From positions 11,109 to 75,108 of the forward strand of contig NZ_JAAWWD010000008.1 of NCBI RefSeq assembly GCF_021404545.1: a DNA stretch of 64,000 nucleotides, given 5' to 3'. Position numbers and translations under genes: made by a program. The notes under the pieces are model-generated. The model saw only the letters and a program-made list of their open reading frames with translations, was not told the DNA's origin and made no database searches. Positions 27,323 through 38,015 of this stretch are shown here, piece by piece. Every line of letters starts with the position of its first letter. Positions within the stretch are counted from its first letter, which is position 1. Source of the DNA: Aestuariivita sp. (GTDB taxonomy: Bacteria > Pseudomonadota > Alphaproteobacteria > Rhodobacterales > Rhodobacteraceae).

Positions 27323-29740
27323 CTAGCCCCGCATGCGTGCGCCATCCGCATCGAAAAGCGGCTGGGCGATGACCCGCGCGGGGCGCATCTGACCCAGGAT
27401 CTCGATCTCGACCTCCAGCCCTTCGGCCACCCGATCCGTGGGTAGGAACCCTTGCGCGATGGATTTGCCCGCCCAGTGCGAATACCCGCCCGAGGTACAG
27501 AACCCCATGACCGCGCCATCCAGCCAGATCGGCTCATAGGCCTGCACATCGGCATCCTCGGCTTCCACCTCAAAGGCGCAGAGACGCCGCATAGGGCCAC
27601 TGGTCCGTTCGGCTTCTGCCGCCGCGCGCCCGATGAAATCGCTGTTCTTTTTGAACGAGATAAACCGGTCCAAACCGGTTTCAGCCGCCGTATAGTCCGG
27701 CGAAAACTCCGACATCCACGAGCCAAAGAACTTGTCGAGCCGCAGCGACATCATCGCGCGCATGCCAAAGGGCACCATCTTATGGGGTTCTCCGGCGGCC
27801 CAAAGCGTCCACCAAAGCTGACGCTGCGCCATGGGATCGCAATAGATCTCGAAGCCCAGATCGCCGGTATAGCTGACCCGCTGCACGATGCAATCGGTCT
27901 GTCCCACGGTGATCCGGCGCACATCCAGAAACCGCATGTCGCCGATATTCGCGCGCGTGCACGCCGCCAGCACATCGCGCGCCTTGGGTCCTGCTATCTG
28001 GAACCCGTTTCGTTTATCGCTGATATTCTCGATGGTTACGCCATCTTCTGCATGTTGCAGGAACCAGCGCATGTGAAAGGCCTGACTGCCGTAGGAGGCG
28101 GTCAGCTGAAACAGCCCGTCCGAGAGGCAGGACATGGTGAAATCCCCGATCAGCTTGCCCTTGGCGCTCAGCATCGGGGTCAGTGACAACCGCCCTGGCT
28201 GCGGCACACGGCCCGCCATGATCCGGTCCAGCCAGGCCCGGGCCTTTGGACCGCTCACAAGATATTTGCCGAAGTTATGCACCTCGTTGATACCGACGCC
28301 TTCGCGCACGCCGCGCACCTCACGGCCCGTGGCCCCAAACGCGTCCGAGCGGCGGAAAGACGGCGTCTCATATCCCGGCTCATCACCTTGGGCGAAATAG
28401 TTCACGACTTCCAGCCCATATTGCTGACCCCAGACCGCGCCCATATCCGAGAAGATGTCATACATCGGCGTGGTGCGATGGGGCCGTGCGGCAGGCAGCT
28501 CTTCGTTCGGATAGGCGACCGAGAAGCGTTTCTGGTAGTTCTCGATCACCTTGGGCAGGGTATAGCCGGGACTGATCCAGTCGCCGAACCGCGCCACATC
28601 CATGGCAAATGTGTCGCGCTCGGGCTCGCCCTCGATCATCCACTGGGCCAGCATCAGGCCAACGCCGCCGCCCTGGGAAAACCCGGCCATCACACCGCAG
28701 GCCGACCAGTAATTGCGCACGCCCGGGACCGGCCCCACCAGAGGGTTGCCGTCGGGGGCAAAGGTAAACGGCCCGTGGATCACGTTTTTCACGCCAGCCC
28801 GTTCCAGATCGGGAAAGCGCCGATAGGCAAACGCGATGCTGTCCTCGATCTTGTCGAAATCATTGTCGAGCAGATCTTGGCCGAAGGACCAGCTTGTCCC
28901 ATCGACCGCCCAGGGGCGGCAGGGCTGTTCATAAAATCCGATGCAGAGGCCACGCCCTTCCTGCCGAAGATAGCTTTCGCCGGCCGGATCCATCACATGC
29001 GGATGCTCTTTGCCGTCGGCCATCATCTGGGCGATCAGCGGCACCTCTTCGGTCACAAGGTACTGATGCTCCATCGGGTGCAGCGGAAAATAGATCCCCG
29101 CCATGGCCCCCACTTCCCGCGCCCAGAGGCCGCCCGCATTGACCACATGTTCAGCGTGGATCGTGCCCGTGCCGGTGACCACATCCCAGGTTCCATCGGG
29201 CCGCTGATTGGTCTCGTGCACCATGCACTGCGTCTTGATCGTGGCCCCACCCATCTTGGCGGCCCTGGCATAGGCATGGGTGGTGCCCGAGGGGTCCAGA
29301 TGCCCGTCAAGCGGATCCCACAGCGCCCCGATGATCCCATCAGTATTGGTCACCGGCGCCAGCTTGGAGATCTCCTCCGGCCCCACGATTTCCGTCTCCA
29401 GCCCCATGAAGCGATGCTTGGCGCGTTCGGCCAGAAGCATGTCGAACCGATCCTGATTGTCGGCCAGCGTCACACCCCCCACATGGTGCAACCCGCAGGA
29501 CATGCCGGTGATTTCCTCCAGCTCCTTGTAAAGCCGGATGGTGTACCCCTGAAGGGCCGCCATGTTCGTGTCGCCATTGAGCGTGTGAAACCCGCCCGCC
29601 GCATGCCAGGTCGAACCTGAGGTCAGTTCTGATCGCTCGATCAGCATCACATCCGACCAGCCCAGCTTGGTCAGGTGATACAGAACAGAACATCCAACAA
29701 CGCCGCCGCCGATCACGGCCACTCTTGTGGTGGTTTGCAT
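27323..29740 (-). CDS. GcvT-family FAD-dependent oxidoreductase (dimethylglycine dehydrogenase-like)
   Basis: VIGGGVVG, LTSGSTWHAAG; C-terminal THF-binding GcvT domains (RVSYTGDLGFEI, SLRLDK). Confidence 0.92.
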   Translation of the reverse strand: MQTTTRVAVIGGGVVGCSVLYHLTKLGWSDVMLIERSELTSGSTWHAAGGFHTLNGDTNMAALQGYTIRLYKELEEITGMSCGLHHVGGVTLADNQDRFDMLLAERAKHRFMGLETEIVGPEEISKLAPVTNTDGIIGALWDPLDGHLDPSGTTHAYARAAKMGGATIKTQCMVHETNQRPDGTWDVVTGTGTIHAEHVVNAGGLWAREVGAMAGIYFPLHPMEHQYLVTEEVPLIAQMMADGKEHPHVMDPAGESYLRQEGRGLCIGFYEQPCRPWAVDGTSWSFGQDLLDNDFDKIEDSIAFAYRRFPDLERAGVKNVIHGPFTFAPDGNPLVGPVPGVRNYWSACGVMAGFSQGGGVGLMLAQWMIEGEPERDTFAMDVARFGDWISPGYTLPKVIENYQKRFSVAYPNEELPAARPHRTTPMYDIFSDMGAVWGQQYGLEVVNYFAQGDEPGYETPSFRRSDAFGATGREVRGVREGVGINEVHNFGKYLVSGPKARAWLDRIMAGRVPQPGRLSLTPMLSAKGKLIGDFTMSCLSDGLFQLTASYGSQAFHMRWFLQHAEDGVTIENISDKRNGFQIAGPKARDVLAACTRANIGDMRFLDVRRITVGQTDCIVQRVSYTGDLGFEIYCDPMAQRQLWWTLWAAGEPHKMVPFGMRAMMSLRLDKFFGSWMSEFSPDYTAAETGLDRFISFKKNSDFIGRAAAEAERTSGPMRRLCAFEVEAEDADVQAYEPIWLDGAVMGFCTSGGYSHWAGKSIAQGFLPTDRVAEGLEVEIEILGQMRPARVIAQPLFDADGARMRG

Positions 29741-29824
29741 GAGATCCTCCGCAATTGCTGCCCCAGACCTACCCCAGAGCCCGCCGCCTCAGGAGGGATG
29801 AAAACGACAGATCATGTCGCATGT

Positions 29825-29870
29825 CTTCTTCTGGCCAGAAATATTCCCAGGGTTTGGGACAGCGTCCCAA
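29825..29870 (+). repeat. Intergenic repeat copy 1 (CTTCTTCTGGCC-N2-AAATATTCCC plus hairpin)
   Basis: 22/24 match to 45252-45275; hairpin TTGGGAC-agc-GTCCCAA. Confidence 0.7.
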
Positions 29871-30034
29871 GGCCCGCGCGGCCCCGCGCAAATAGGATAA
29901 AATGCGGCGCAGCCGCCCCTGTCGAGATGGGGCCAAGGGTGCCCCAGCGACAGAACATGTCGCCAGCGCACAAGTGGGCCTGCGGCAATCGCGCCAGTCT
30001 GCTGGTCAGCATAGCGAAGAAAAAGGCAAATCCC

Positions 30035-32449
30035 ATGCGCACCCACGCTCAGGCCGTCGTGATTGGCGGCGGCGTTATCGGATGTTCGATCCTCTACCAT
30101 TTGACAAAACTGGGCTGGACAGATGTGGTTCTTCTGGAACGCGACGAGCTGACCTCCGGCTCCACCTGGCACGCGGCCGCAGGCATTCACGGGCTGCACG
30201 ACAGCGCCAATATCAGCCGCCTTCAGCATTATACCATGAACCTCTATAACAGCCTGGAGGCGGAGACCGGCCAGTCCTGTGGCGTTTTCCAGCCCGGCAG
30301 CCTCTATCTCGCCCAGACCGAAGAGCGCGAACACCAGCTGCGCCTCCAGGCCGCCAAGGCGCGGCTCTACGATATGGAGTTTTACGAAATCGACCGCAAC
30401 GAGGCCGAACGCCTGCACCCGCTGGCCGATTTCGATGGCATCCGCTGCATCATGTGGGAACCCTCGGGCGGCAATGTCGATCCCTCCGGCGTGACCAACG
30501 CCTATGCCGTGGGTGCCAAGCAAAAAGGCGCCGAGATCCACCGCTTTACCCCCGTCACAGCCACCCGCCCTCAACCCGATGGCAGCTGGATCGTCGAGAC
30601 GCCGAAGGGTGCGATCCACACCGGCTGGGTGATCAACGCCGCCGGTCTCTGGGGGCGGGAGGTGGCGGCGCTGGCAGGCATCGACCTGCCGCTCCAGCCC
30701 ACCGAACACCAGTATTTCGTCACCGAAACGATTGACGAGATCGCCGCCATCGGGCGCCGTTTGCCCTCGGTCGCCGACCGGGACGGCGAATACTACATGC
30801 GGCAAGAGGGGCAGGGCCTGCTCATCGGCGCCTATGAGAAAGACATGCGCTTGTGGGCCGAAGAGGGCACACCGCTCGATTTCGCGCATGATCTTTTTCC
30901 CGACGACCTCGACCGGATCGAGGAGAACGTGATGCGCGCCATCGATCGGGTGCCGGTGGCCGCCAGCGCAGGCATCAAACGGGTGATCAACGGTCCGATG
31001 ATCTGGTCACCCGACAGCAATGTCCTGCTGGGTCCAGTGCCGGAGCTTTCGGGCTATTTCTGCTGCAACGGCATCATCCCGGGGTTCAGCCAGTCGGCGG
31101 GCATGGGGCTGATGGTGGCGCAGTGGATCATCGAAGGCGAGATGGAATACGACATGTTCGCTTGGGACATGGCGCGCTTTGGCGCCTGGGCGGGCAAGGC
31201 CTTTACCAAAGAGCGGGTGCGCGATGTCTATGCCCACCGCTTCAAGATCCATTTTCCGGGCGAGGAACGCGATGCGGGCCGTCCCGTGCGCACCCGTCCT
31301 GCATATCAGATGCAAAAGGATCTTGGTGCGCAGTTTGGCCTGAACTATGGCTGGGAACATCCGCTCTACTTTTCCGCTGAGGTGCAGGAGAGCGCGGGGT
31401 TCACCCGCCAGCCCTGGTGGGAGGTCGTGGGTGCCGAATGCCGGATGCTGCGCGACCGCGCGGGCATTATCGACATCTCGAACTTTGCCAAGTATCGCTG
31501 CGCAGGGCCCGGGGCCGAAGCCTGGCTGAATGCGGTATTTGCCAACCGGATGCCCGTGCAGACTGGCAAATCCTGCCTCACGCAGCTGATTGGCAAGCGC
31601 GGCGGGATCGCGGGCGATTTCACCGTCACCCGCCTGGCCGAGGAGGAGTTCTGGATCATCGGATCGGGCATCGCGGAACGCTATCACCAGCGCTATTTCA
31701 ACGAGGTCCCTCTGCCAGATGGCACCATTTTCGAGAGCCTGACGCAGACGGTCTGCGGGTTCAACGTGGCGGGTCCGCACTCGCGCGCGCTCCTGCAGCG
31801 GCTCACCAATGCCGCGCTCGAGACGGCCGATTTCCCCTTCATGACCTCGCGCCGGATCGAGTTGGCGGGGATCGACGTGATGGCACTGCGCGTCTCGTTC
31901 ACCGGCGATCTGGGCTGGGAGCTGCATTGCCGCGAGGCGGATCAGGCCGCGCTCTATGCCGCATTGATCGAGGCGGGCAAGGATATCGGCGCAGGCCCGG
32001 TCGGCGGGCGCGCGCTGATGAGCCTGCGGATTGAAAAGGGGTATGGCTCCTGGAGCCGGGAATACTCGCCCGAGTACCGGCTCCAGGAGGCAGGGCTTGC
32101 GCGGCTTTGCAAGCTGGACAAGGATTTCCTGAACAGATCCGCAGTGGCCGCCGTGATGCAGAACCCTCCCCGCGAAACGCTGGTGCTGTTGGAGCTGAAC
32201 GAGGCGGATGTGACCGCCTCGGACGCCGACGCCAGCGGGGGCGAGCCGATATTCAAGGATGGTGTGGGCATCGGTCGGGTCACCTCGGGCGCCTATGGTT
32301 ATAGCGTTGGGATGAGCCTGGCGCTGGGCTATGTCAAAGGCGCGGGTCCGGGGGACACGGTCGAGGTGATGGTGTTGGGCAAACCCCACCGGGCGCGTAT
32401 CCTGCATGCGCCACCCTTCGATCCCGAAGGAGATCGTTTGCGCGCCTGA
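30035..32449 (+). CDS. GcvT-family FAD-dependent oxidoreductase (dimethylglycine dehydrogenase-like), paralogue
   Basis: MRTHAQAVVIGGGVIG, LTSGSTWHAAAG, RVSFTGDLGWEL, SLRIEKGY. Confidence 0.92.
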   Translation: MRTHAQAVVIGGGVIGCSILYHLTKLGWTDVVLLERDELTSGSTWHAAAGIHGLHDSANISRLQHYTMNLYNSLEAETGQSCGVFQPGSLYLAQTEEREHQLRLQAAKARLYDMEFYEIDRNEAERLHPLADFDGIRCIMWEPSGGNVDPSGVTNAYAVGAKQKGAEIHRFTPVTATRPQPDGSWIVETPKGAIHTGWVINAAGLWGREVAALAGIDLPLQPTEHQYFVTETIDEIAAIGRRLPSVADRDGEYYMRQEGQGLLIGAYEKDMRLWAEEGTPLDFAHDLFPDDLDRIEENVMRAIDRVPVAASAGIKRVINGPMIWSPDSNVLLGPVPELSGYFCCNGIIPGFSQSAGMGLMVAQWIIEGEMEYDMFAWDMARFGAWAGKAFTKERVRDVYAHRFKIHFPGEERDAGRPVRTRPAYQMQKDLGAQFGLNYGWEHPLYFSAEVQESAGFTRQPWWEVVGAECRMLRDRAGIIDISNFAKYRCAGPGAEAWLNAVFANRMPVQTGKSCLTQLIGKRGGIAGDFTVTRLAEEEFWIIGSGIAERYHQRYFNEVPLPDGTIFESLTQTVCGFNVAGPHSRALLQRLTNAALETADFPFMTSRRIELAGIDVMALRVSFTGDLGWELHCREADQAALYAALIEAGKDIGAGPVGGRALMSLRIEKGYGSWSREYSPEYRLQEAGLARLCKLDKDFLNRSAVAAVMQNPPRETLVLLELNEADVTASDADASGGEPIFKDGVGIGRVTSGAYGYSVGMSLALGYVKGAGPGDTVEVMVLGKPHRARILHAPPFDPEGDRLRA

Positions 32450-32469
32450 TCTTACGAGATACCAACGGG

Positions 32470-34095
32470 TTATTCGTCCGTCTTAAAGCGGGAACGCTGA
32501 ACCATCCAGATCGCGATCAGGGGTGCCGCCACGGTGACCAACGCGACGCTGATCAAGAGCCACCCCAACTGTGTGTAATCGGCGGCCGTCATTATGGCCC
32601 CGGTGGCGGGGTCGGTGACCTGGCGCGTGACCACGAAGATTTCGTTCAGGTAGCGCGTGCTGAGGCTGGAGGCGGACAACGCGAGATTGGTGAAGGACGC
32701 CATCACGGCAAAGAACGTGGCTTTGAGGTTGTCGGGCGCGTTTCGCGCGATCCAGGCCAGCATCGGGATCATCGCGATCTGGCCCAGCGGCGATTCCACG
32801 GCCGTATCCATCACCGCGATGAACCGGGCATCCACCACACCGCCTGTCATCGCCGCGGTCCAGTGATGCAGGCCGTAATAGAGGCCCAGGTTGGGCATCG
32901 AAAGAACACCGGCGGCCAGCGTCAGCAGGATCACGATATAGACGATGCTGCGGCGCGCCATCAGCGGACGCAGGATCACCAGCCCCGCCAATGTCAGTAC
33001 GGCGGTGATCAGCGACAGGACCGACAGGAACTGTTGGTCAAAGCCCAGCGCGTCGATCTCGAACCAGGTCAAACCGGCGCCGGGCAGAGGGACGGCCCGA
33101 AACACGAAAATGATGATCGCGGTCCCTACCAGAACCTGCGCCTGGGCCGGATCCAGTGCGCGGATCAACTGGCGCATCAGGATCAGTACGATGGTCATGG
33201 ATCCTGCAAACACGATCTCCTGCGCGAACGGCACCTCTCCCAGACCAACCGTCAGAGACACCGCGACAAAGGCCGCCCCGCCGGTGAAATACCAGTGGTT
33301 GAGCTGCACTGCCTCGGGGCTGCGAAAGACCCGGGCCGTCGCGTCGGCCCGTCCCACACCTGCCGCCAGCAGGGCCCGGAGCCGCATCCGCGCCTGAACC
33401 GTCGCCAGAACAACCCCTGAGACCGACAGGCACGGCAGGATCAGCGCCAGCAGGTAGATCCGTCCATAGATCGCCTCCTTGGCCTCTCGGGGCAGATCCT
33501 CGATCCCGGCAAAGAGGAAAATGTTGACCGCGGCCACCAGGCTCAGCCCGCTGATCAGCGCAAACCGGCCCAGCGTCTGCATGGTTGTATGCATCGTGCG
33601 GGTTTGATCCTCGGGCAGGGGGAGGCCGTTTTCGTCGACCTCCGGCACCGCCTCGACCGACATCGCATCGGCCACGGCGTCCTGAATGACATATCCGCAA
33701 GGGGCCAGCAGAACCGCCAGCACATACCAGGCCGTCGCGCTGATGATCTCGGTCATCCAGGGGACGCGCGTTGCCAGACCGAACATGATTGCAAAGGAGG
33801 CGGCCATCAGCGCCGCTCCCAGCCAGACCAATCCGGCCTTCCAGCGCCAGATCAGGTCGACCAGATGCCCCAACGGCATCTTGAGCGCCCAGGGCAGGCC
33901 CGCCCAGAACGCAAGCCCCGCCAGAAACGCGGCCGACAGATCGAGGTACTCCTTGACGAAGAACGTGCCGACGATGGCGGTGATGCCCGATGCGCCGAAG
34001 GCGAAATAGACCATCAGGGGCGGCAGAAAGGACCAGCGCATCTGGCGTGCCAGATCCAGAAAGATATCGTCGAACCAGCCCGCGATCCGCGTCAT
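32470..34095 (-). CDS. BT1-family (folate/biopterin transporter-like) MFS protein
   Basis: LPWALKMPLGHLVD, QDAVADAMSVE, ATFFAVMASFTNL; many TM segments. Confidence 0.75.
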   Translation of the reverse strand: MTRIAGWFDDIFLDLARQMRWSFLPPLMVYFAFGASGITAIVGTFFVKEYLDLSAAFLAGLAFWAGLPWALKMPLGHLVDLIWRWKAGLVWLGAALMAASFAIMFGLATRVPWMTEIISATAWYVLAVLLAPCGYVIQDAVADAMSVEAVPEVDENGLPLPEDQTRTMHTTMQTLGRFALISGLSLVAAVNIFLFAGIEDLPREAKEAIYGRIYLLALILPCLSVSGVVLATVQARMRLRALLAAGVGRADATARVFRSPEAVQLNHWYFTGGAAFVAVSLTVGLGEVPFAQEIVFAGSMTIVLILMRQLIRALDPAQAQVLVGTAIIIFVFRAVPLPGAGLTWFEIDALGFDQQFLSVLSLITAVLTLAGLVILRPLMARRSIVYIVILLTLAAGVLSMPNLGLYYGLHHWTAAMTGGVVDARFIAVMDTAVESPLGQIAMIPMLAWIARNAPDNLKATFFAVMASFTNLALSASSLSTRYLNEIFVVTRQVTDPATGAIMTAADYTQLGWLLISVALVTVAAPLIAIWMVQRSRFKTDE

Positions 34096-34099
34096 CGTG

Positions 34100-35434
34100 T
34101 CAGAGCGGTCTGATTTTCAACTGTGTGATCCGGTTGCCCTCGCGGGCCAGCACTTCGAACCGGAAGTTGTGAAACGAAAAGACCTGACCCTTGGTCGGGA
34201 TCATCTGGGCCTCATGGATGACCAGACCGGCGACGGTGTTGGCCTCGTCATCGGGCAGGTTCCAGTCAGTGGCGCGGTTCAGATCGCGGATCGTCATTGC
34301 GCCGTCAACGACGTAATTGTCGTCTTCTCCCTTGAGGACCGGGTGATCGGCATCGGGGTCGAACTCATCCGTGATCTCGCCCACGATCTCTTCGAGAATG
34401 TCTTCCAGTGTGATCAACCCTTGCAACGATCCATACTCGTCCACCACCAGAGCGAAATGGCTGCGCATGCGCAGAAACTGCCGCATCTGGTCGTCCAGAT
34501 TGGTGGTCTCGGGGATAAAATATGGCGGCATCGCCACATCCGTGATCTTGAAATTCTTCAGCGCACTGGCATCGCCGTCCGCTCCGCCGATCAGCTTGTT
34601 GATCGCGCGCAACAGATCCTTGGCATGGATCAAACCGATGATGTTCTCGGGATCGTCCTTGAAGACGGGCAGGCGGGTGTGGTTGCTCTCCAGACATTGT
34701 TGCAGGATTGCGTCCGGCGGGTCGTCGGCATTGATCATCTCGATACCGGACCGATGCAACATGATTTCTTCGACCAGCCGTTCCGACAGATCCAGCGCGC
34801 CCAGGATGCGGTCGCGGTCCTCTTTCTCGACCACCCCTTCGGAATGACCTAAGGTCAGCGCGCCGGCGATCTCTTCGCGCACGGCCATGATGTGACTGTC
34901 GGGATCGGCCTGCACACCGAACAAGCGCAGCACGCCGCGCACGAAGAACCGCACCGCAGACACCACGGGCGCAAACAGCGTGACCACCACGCCGATCGGG
35001 CCTGAGACGGCAGAGGCGGCTTTTTCGGCATTGGTAATGGCATAGGTTTTGGGCAGTACCTCAGCAAAGATCAGCACCAGCAGCGTCATCACCAATGTGG
35101 CCAGTGCCACGCCGCTTTCGCCAAAGGCGCGGGTGAAGATCGCGGTAGCCAGAGAGGCTGCGAGGATATTCACCAGATTGTTGCCCAACAAGACCGAGCC
35201 GATCAGACGTTCGTTGTCCTCGGTGATCTTGAGGGCGCGTTCCGCCCCGCGGGAGCCTTTATCGGCACGGGTGCGCAGCTTGCCGCGCGAAGCCGCTGTC
35301 AGCGCGGTTTCAGAGCCGGAAAAGAACCCCGACAGCACCAGAAGAAACAGGATCACGCCAGAGGTGATCCAGAATGCGCTGTCCAGAGCGCCCGTCGTCT
35401 GTGCCGCGGCAAGCGACGCTGTTGCAGGTTCCAT
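34100..35434 (-). CDS. HlyC/CorC (CNNM) family transporter: DUF21 + CBS pair + CorC domain
   Basis: FFSGSETALT, FAEVLPK, VVDEYG, TLEDILEEIVGEI; alternative start at 35443. Confidence 0.92.
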   Translation of the reverse strand: MEPATASLAAAQTTGALDSAFWITSGVILFLLVLSGFFSGSETALTAASRGKLRTRADKGSRGAERALKITEDNERLIGSVLLGNNLVNILAASLATAIFTRAFGESGVALATLVMTLLVLIFAEVLPKTYAITNAEKAASAVSGPIGVVVTLFAPVVSAVRFFVRGVLRLFGVQADPDSHIMAVREEIAGALTLGHSEGVVEKEDRDRILGALDLSERLVEEIMLHRSGIEMINADDPPDAILQQCLESNHTRLPVFKDDPENIIGLIHAKDLLRAINKLIGGADGDASALKNFKITDVAMPPYFIPETTNLDDQMRQFLRMRSHFALVVDEYGSLQGLITLEDILEEIVGEITDEFDPDADHPVLKGEDDNYVVDGAMTIRDLNRATDWNLPDDEANTVAGLVIHEAQMIPTKGQVFSFHNFRFEVLAREGNRITQLKIRPL

Positions 35435-35540
35435 CTTACCCATATTCCGTTACTGTTGCAGGTGGTTATGGGCGCGACCGGCGCATCGTTCAAGGGCTGC
35501 GTCGCATTTGGCGGCCCGAGCGTTGCGGTCACACGCCGCG

Positions 35541-36488
35541 TCAGTCGCGGTTGCGGTCGGCCTCGGTGGCCAGCGGATGGTGATCCATGACCAGCTGCTG
35601 CAACCGCTCTTCCAGAACATGTGTGTAAATCTCGGTCGTGGCGACATCGGCGTGACCCAGCAAAGTCTGGATCGAGCGCAGATCGGCGCCATTGGCCAAC
35701 AGGTGGGTGGCAAAAGCATGGCGCAGGGTGTGGGGTGTGACCAGATCCGGGCTGACCCCGCCCGCGACGGCCAACTCCTTGATCAGGAGATAAAAGCGGT
35801 GCCGCGTCAGATGCCCGGACTTGCCGCGCGATGGAAACAGAAAACGCGAGCGCGGCAGGCCACGGGCCACGGCGGCGTCCTCGGCGGCATCGCGGGCCTT
35901 GAGCCATGCGATGAGGGCGGTCCGCGCCGGGGGAGAGAGCGGCACCATTCGCTCCTTGCCGCCCTTGCCCAGGATCAACAGCATCCGGGGATCGCCGCGC
36001 GCGGCCGAAACCGGCAGGCCCACCAGTTCGCTCACCCGCATGCCAGTGGCATAGAGCAGCTCCATCAGGCAGGTGTTGCGCTGGCGGTCGGCCACTGCGC
36101 GGCCATGGGACCGCGCGGCCTCCAGCAGCCGGTCCACCTGCGCGATATCCAGCGTCTTGGGCAGGCGTTTGTCGCGGCCCGGTCCCCGGATCTGAATGGC
36201 TGGGTTGTCGCTGCGCCAGCCTTCGTCAAAGGCAAAGCGATAGATTTGGCGGATCGCCGAGAGGCGCCGTGCCCGGGTGGATTTGGCCAGACCCTGATCC
36301 GCGCAATGGATCAGATAGGCCTCGATCCGCGCGCGGCTGGCGGTCCCGAATGCCTCGCCACCGCTCTCCAGCCAATGAGCGAAATCCTTCAGATCGCGGC
36401 CATAGGCCAGCTGTGTGTTGGTGGCCGCCCCCAGCTCGGCTGCCTGTGCGTCCAGAAAGGTTGATATCCAACGGGCCGAAGACGGCAT
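35541..36488 (-). CDS. xerD: Site-specific tyrosine recombinase XerD
   Basis: ELLYATGMRVSELV, GKGGKERMVP, TPHTLRHAFATHLL, LLGHADVATTEIYTHV; next to aroKB. Confidence 0.9.
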   Translation of the reverse strand: MPSSARWISTFLDAQAAELGAATNTQLAYGRDLKDFAHWLESGGEAFGTASRARIEAYLIHCADQGLAKSTRARRLSAIRQIYRFAFDEGWRSDNPAIQIRGPGRDKRLPKTLDIAQVDRLLEAARSHGRAVADRQRNTCLMELLYATGMRVSELVGLPVSAARGDPRMLLILGKGGKERMVPLSPPARTALIAWLKARDAAEDAAVARGLPRSRFLFPSRGKSGHLTRHRFYLLIKELAVAGGVSPDLVTPHTLRHAFATHLLANGADLRSIQTLLGHADVATTEIYTHVLEERLQQLVMDHHPLATEADRNRD

Positions 36489-36491
36489 GGT

Positions 36492-38015
36492 TTACCCTTC
36501 CTCCCGGATCATCAGGTGCAGGGATGCGCGCCGCGCCACGTCTTCCAGACCCAGCGCGCGAAAGACGCCGATGGCATCGCGCAGATCGCGCAAGTTGCCT
36601 TCGGCGCCGCGATTGAAAAGAACCATCGCACGCAGGATCGTTTCGCCCAAACGGTCGGCACTCAGGCCGCGCGGCAGGTCGGGCGGGGCGGAAAACCCCG
36701 CAACAATCGTTTCGGCAAGGGCCGATGGTGCGGGGGCCGCTTCCGGTGTGCCTTGCGCCAGGGCGACAAGGAAGCGGTCCAGCGGGGCCTGCGGGGTGTA
36801 GCGCCGTGAGAGTGCCTCGTACTCCGGCGACAGCAGCGCCATTTCCAATGCGCGGCGTTGCGGCTCCCCTTGTGTCAACCCGATCTCGGCCAGTTGTGTG
36901 GCGAAAAGATCGGCTAAGGGCACCAATAGGCCCGCGCGCTCCATATGATCCCAGGCTTCGGTCAAGGTCTTGGTAACCGCATCAGCGCTGCGGGTTTGCA
37001 AGGCTGTCTCGAACCGCTGAATGGCCGCCACCCGTTCCCAAACGCCGCCCGACGCCGCAGGCAGGCGTTCGGTGTAAAGCCCAAGCAGGGTGTTCGACGG
37101 AATCGCCCCGGTGCGGGCCAGCCGTTCGGCGGCCTCCAACTGGGCCTTCCAGCCTGCCACATCCCGCAGATCGGCCACCGCGAAACGACGGGGAAGGGAG
37201 GCGGTCGGCACCCGTTCCCCGATGGCCTCAAAGAGGCGAAAGGTCAGCGGACGTGGCGCGCGCGGCTGGCTGAGCGGGGCGGCGTCCTCAAAGAGCTCGG
37301 GATGCAGGAATCGATCGAGCGCGGGCGCGATGCGCGGATCAAGATCGTCAAGCACCAGGCTGATGTCAAAAAGCAGTGTCGCCGCGTTCAGATCGCCCCG
37401 ACGTGCGGTGCAGAAAATCAGCGTTTCGCGGTCCGGTGCCAGATGCGGCCTTTGCGCCAGCGTCGCGCAAACCTCGCCCTCGCTTCCACTCAGAAAGGCC
37501 ATGTCCGCCCAGCGGGTCATCAGGGCGGGGCTGCGTGTGGGGCCCGCCTGTTCGATCAGCGCCTTGGCCGGATCAATCGCGCCCAGATCCAGAAGCCGGT
37601 CGATCCGGGCGAGAGTAAGCGCCTGGGCACCCTCGGGCCCACCAGGCGGGATCGCTTCGGTCAGGAGCATGGAGTAAAGCAGGGATTGCAGGGGGGCATG
37701 CCCGGTCACAGGGGCGGTCTCGATCAGCCGCGTCAGCATCTCGGGCATGCTGTTTTGCCACAGCGTGACCGGCAGACCCGTGACCGAGGGCGGGACCAAT
37801 CCGATCGGCGGAGCCGACCGGTCGAGCGGCTGAACCTCGATTTGGGGTTGTACGGCCGTTTCGGTGACGGGGGGGGCAGATTGCGGGCCCGATCTCTCTT
37901 CGGTGCCAAGCCAGTCGATGATCGACAGCGGCGCTTCGGCACGGGCCGATCCGCCCCAGATGAGGCAGGTGACCGCAAGGCCGATGGCTGGCATCGGATG
38001 CCGCATGCGCGTCAA
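36492..38015 (-). CDS. Conserved exported alpha-helical hypothetical protein
   Basis: Signal peptide (LAVTCLIWGGSARA); 507 aa; 3-bp gap to xerD. Confidence 0.75.
   Translation of the reverse strand: MTRMRHPMPAIGLAVTCLIWGGSARAEAPLSIIDWLGTEERSGPQSAPPVTETAVQPQIEVQPLDRSAPPIGLVPPSVTGLPVTLWQNSMPEMLTRLIETAPVTGHAPLQSLLYSMLLTEAIPPGGPEGAQALTLARIDRLLDLGAIDPAKALIEQAGPTRSPALMTRWADMAFLSGSEGEVCATLAQRPHLAPDRETLIFCTARRGDLNAATLLFDISLVLDDLDPRIAPALDRFLHPELFEDAAPLSQPRAPRPLTFRLFEAIGERVPTASLPRRFAVADLRDVAGWKAQLEAAERLARTGAIPSNTLLGLYTERLPAASGGVWERVAAIQRFETALQTRSADAVTKTLTEAWDHMERAGLLVPLADLFATQLAEIGLTQGEPQRRALEMALLSPEYEALSRRYTPQAPLDRFLVALAQGTPEAAPAPSALAETIVAGFSAPPDLPRGLSADRLGETILRAMVLFNRGAEGNLRDLRDAIGVFRALGLEDVARRASLHLMIREEG

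Noticed and set aside
35541-36488. Third tyrosine recombinase as a sign of another mobile element
   Set aside because: Canonical XerD motifs in a housekeeping context
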